Origin: Macrostomum lignano
Lineage: Eukaryota
Length of the DNA stretch: 34,208 nt
NCBI GenBank assembly: GCA_002269645.1
Contig: NIVC01004821.1
Span: forward strand, 1 to 34,208
Reading direction: 5' to 3'
The first letter of the stretch is position 1, and each line of letters opens with the position of its first letter. The notes under the pieces were generated by a model that saw only the letters and a list, made by a program, of their open reading frames with translations, did not search any database and had not been told where the DNA came from. Below are positions 31,555-34,208 of this stretch, in pieces. The position numbers and the translations under genes are program-made.

Positions 31555-34208
31555 GTGTGTGTCTTCGGCGAGAAAACCATTCAGCTGAGCCACCGAGGGT
31601 GGGCCAGCTGAAGGAATTTTAAAACCTTGGGCTCGTCTTGAAGCGATCTTATTCCTTCCACACACACCGAATCCTGATAGAGTCCCATCTACTACACGTC
31701 ATCCAGTGGTCTTTCGATTCTTCTTCGTCGCAAAAGAGCAGTTTCCGGCCGGGTCCAGGCCCACCTTCTGCCTCCAATAGCTGGTATGCTTGCAGTGCCC
31801 ACAACGCAGTTGAGCCATCAACACCTCCGTTTTACGGTTTACCGAGCACAGCACCCTCTTTTCTCCAAACGGCCTCCAATCTCTTGTCTTCACAGGACGA
31901 GCTGGCACCTCTCTTGAGGATCTGCCTCTTGACGCAACTCCAGTCCATGGCCGTGTGATCCTGGCACATCCTCCAGCCGCCTTTGCCTCCTGGTCAGCCT
32001 CTTCGTTTCCTTGGATACCGATATGACTCGGGATCCACTGTAGCCAGATCTCTGTCCTCTGGCTGGCACAGCGCAGCCTCCCGATGGTGTTGTACATTCT
32101 GGCCGACAGGGGTGTCTTTTCGCCTCTGAGTTTAAGTAGTGCGGACTTGCTGTCCGTGCAGATAAGAGCACTGCGGGGCTTTTTTTCCTCGATAAAATCC
32201 AGCGCTAACACTAACGCCACTCTCTTCCGCCACCAGCGAACTGCAGAACTTACCCGCCGCCGCTCTACGGACTTCTCTGGCGTTATCCGTGAAGGCCACA
32301 CACGCCGCTCCTCCATTTTGCTGCCCCTCGCCACAGAGCCGTCAGTGAACAGCCGCATTTCGAAGACACCGCAAGCCTCGATGGTAGCTTCTGCTTCTTC
32401 CAAGAGGTTTTCATCCCCCTTCTTACCACCTCGGATCAGCTCCGTGGAGATCACAACTCCGTCTCTCTGCAACCTTTTCCAGGGCGGATGTCTCTTACGG
32501 ATAAAACTTTCACGAGGATGTTGGGACCATTCCAGGCAGGCTCCTCTAGCCTGTTCCCCCAGCCTTTATTTGCGGCGAGGCGCCTTGTAACATGTTTTTC
32601 ACTGCAGCTCCTAAGCGGGTCGCCCTCCGGTGCTCGACAGGCTTTTTCCCACGCGATCAGCGCTCTCCTCCTGCCTTGATCCCTGATAGGTTCGACTCCG
32701 GTCTCCAGGTACACCGCCTCGATCGTCGTGGAGCGCACCAGTCCAGCCGCCGCTCTGAGACAATCCCTTTGGGTCCGTTCAAGCCTATCAAAATTTGAGC
32801 TAGACAGCCAGGGGAGCCACGCCGGTGCTCCATACCAGACACAGCTTTCCACGATGCTCTTGTACACCAGCAGCAGGTCAGCCGTCCTCCACCCCCAGCT
32901 GGTATTCGCCAGGACCCGGATCGCTCGTGCTCTGCGCTTCATCTTTTGGGCCACCTGGTCGGTATGCTCGGTGAAAGTCAGACCTCCATCGATGGTGACA
33001 CCAAGGTATTTCAGCTTCCTGACCGTGGCGATGGGGTGGCCCGCGATGCTCAGGCCGATGTCTATGGTCTTATCCTTCGGCGCTCTGCTAAAAACGCATG
33101 CTTCACACTTTTGCGGATTTAGTTCGATCTTAAGGTCGCGGGCCCAGCGCTCGATCTTGTTGAGCGCTCGCTGCATGCGGTCACAGGCGCCTTCAACGGT
33201 CTGATCCGACGTCCAGATAGCCAGGTCGTCGGCGAATCCTCCATATTCCACTCCTTTTTCCTCGAGGTCCTTCCAGCCGTTTGCATACAGAAGGAACAGG
33301 GCCGGCGAGCTCACTGCTCCCTGGGGAGGCCCTCCTGGAACCTCCTCCATTTACTGCGACCGTCTCCGACTCTAACTCTTGCCTGACGACCCTCCAGAAA
33401 GCTGGCAAACCATTTAACCAGGTGCGCCGGAGCTCTTTCCTCCATCAACCTGTTTATCAGTTTGACTCTCCATACCCTCTCGTACGCCTTAGAGCAGTCC
33501 AGGGTTATGGCGATGGTCTTGAGTGGCTTTTTCGCCTCCCATCCGTCTTGGATGTCCTGGACAAGTCGAATAACTTGTTCCTCGGTGCTGCGGCCTCTCT
33601 GGAAGCCCGCCTGCCAGCTCTTAATGATCTTGTTCTCTTCCATCCAGAAATAGAGGCGGTTTGTCACCATGCGCTCCATCAGCTTTGCACAGGCCGATGT
33701 GAGGCTGATTGGGCGGTACGACTCCCGTTTCTTCGGATCTTTTCCGGATTTCAAAAGCGGGATTATCTCTGCCTTCTTCCACGTACCGGGGCAGAGATGC
33801 TCCCCAACTTCTATTGAATAACTTGAGGCCATCTTTCCAAACACCGGTCCGGCAGATTTTTAAGAAAACGCACCTCAATGCCATCGACTCCGCCCTTTTT
33901 ATCCGAGGCCATTTGCTCTAGCGCGTCCGTGAGCTCCTCCATGACGAACGGCACCCCGAAGTCGGCAGCTTCATTGTACTCACGGAGTCCTTTTGCCACC
34001 TGGCTCGGAGCTTCCTGTCCTCTTTCTCAATCTTGACCTTGCTGTTTCCTGCGTACATGTCCACGAACACAGCCGCCTTTTCCTCATCTGTCCTCGCTCA
34101 TGGTTTCCTTTCACGATGATCTCATTCGGTATGTTCTCCTCTTTAAACCGAGTGAAGCGCTTTGATGGTTCTCCAGGTGTTCTTGCGTCGTCTCCTTCCT
34201 TAAGGTTT
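31554..34208 (-). mobile_element. I-group non-LTR retrotransposon ORF2 (RT, RNase H, C-terminal CCHC), frameshifted, continuing beyond the window
   Basis: PFVMEEL..KKGGVDGI; WKKAEIIPLLKSGKD..SYRPISLTS; QAGFQRGRST; LDCSKAYERV; PQGAVSSP; FADDLAIW; KYLGVTID; RNase H LFTDGS / ICTDSKSAL / WIPSHIGIQGNEEADQEAK; LRCGH. Confidence 0.96.

Overview
Eukaryotic (animal) genomic DNA, not prokaryotic: GC-rich, intron-poor genes sit in AT-rich spacers packed with micro- and minisatellites. This architecture suggests a flatworm such as Macrostomum (inference, not shown by the sequence). Recognisable genes: a claudin/PMP22-type 4-TM protein (-), an HDDC2-like HD-domain protein with a frameshift and a degenerate second HD-like repeat (+), an intronless protoporphyrinogen oxidase (+), CutA (+), a terminal exon encoding a Rap1/TERF2IP C-terminal (RCT) domain (+), a three-exon DEG/ENaC channel gene with an in-frame TAG and a frameshift (-), and a probable signal-peptide first exon (-). 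Mobile DNA: a tRNA-headed CORE-SINE, a MULE-type MITE with a 9-bp TSD, other MITE-like hairpins, a decayed LINE RT fragment, an RTE-like 3' fragment, and an I-group LINE (RT, RNase H, CCHC) running off the right edge. About a dozen tandem arrays explain most long ORFs in the supplied track, which are artefacts. No CRISPR array, rRNA or genuine tRNA gene was found. Top leads are the telomeric Rap1-type RCT exon with paired RFX X-boxes upstream, the ENaC gene bracketed by inverted related satellites, the tandem HD/pseudo-HD fusion and the CORE-SINE. All family assignments come from motifs recognised by eye; no database search was run.
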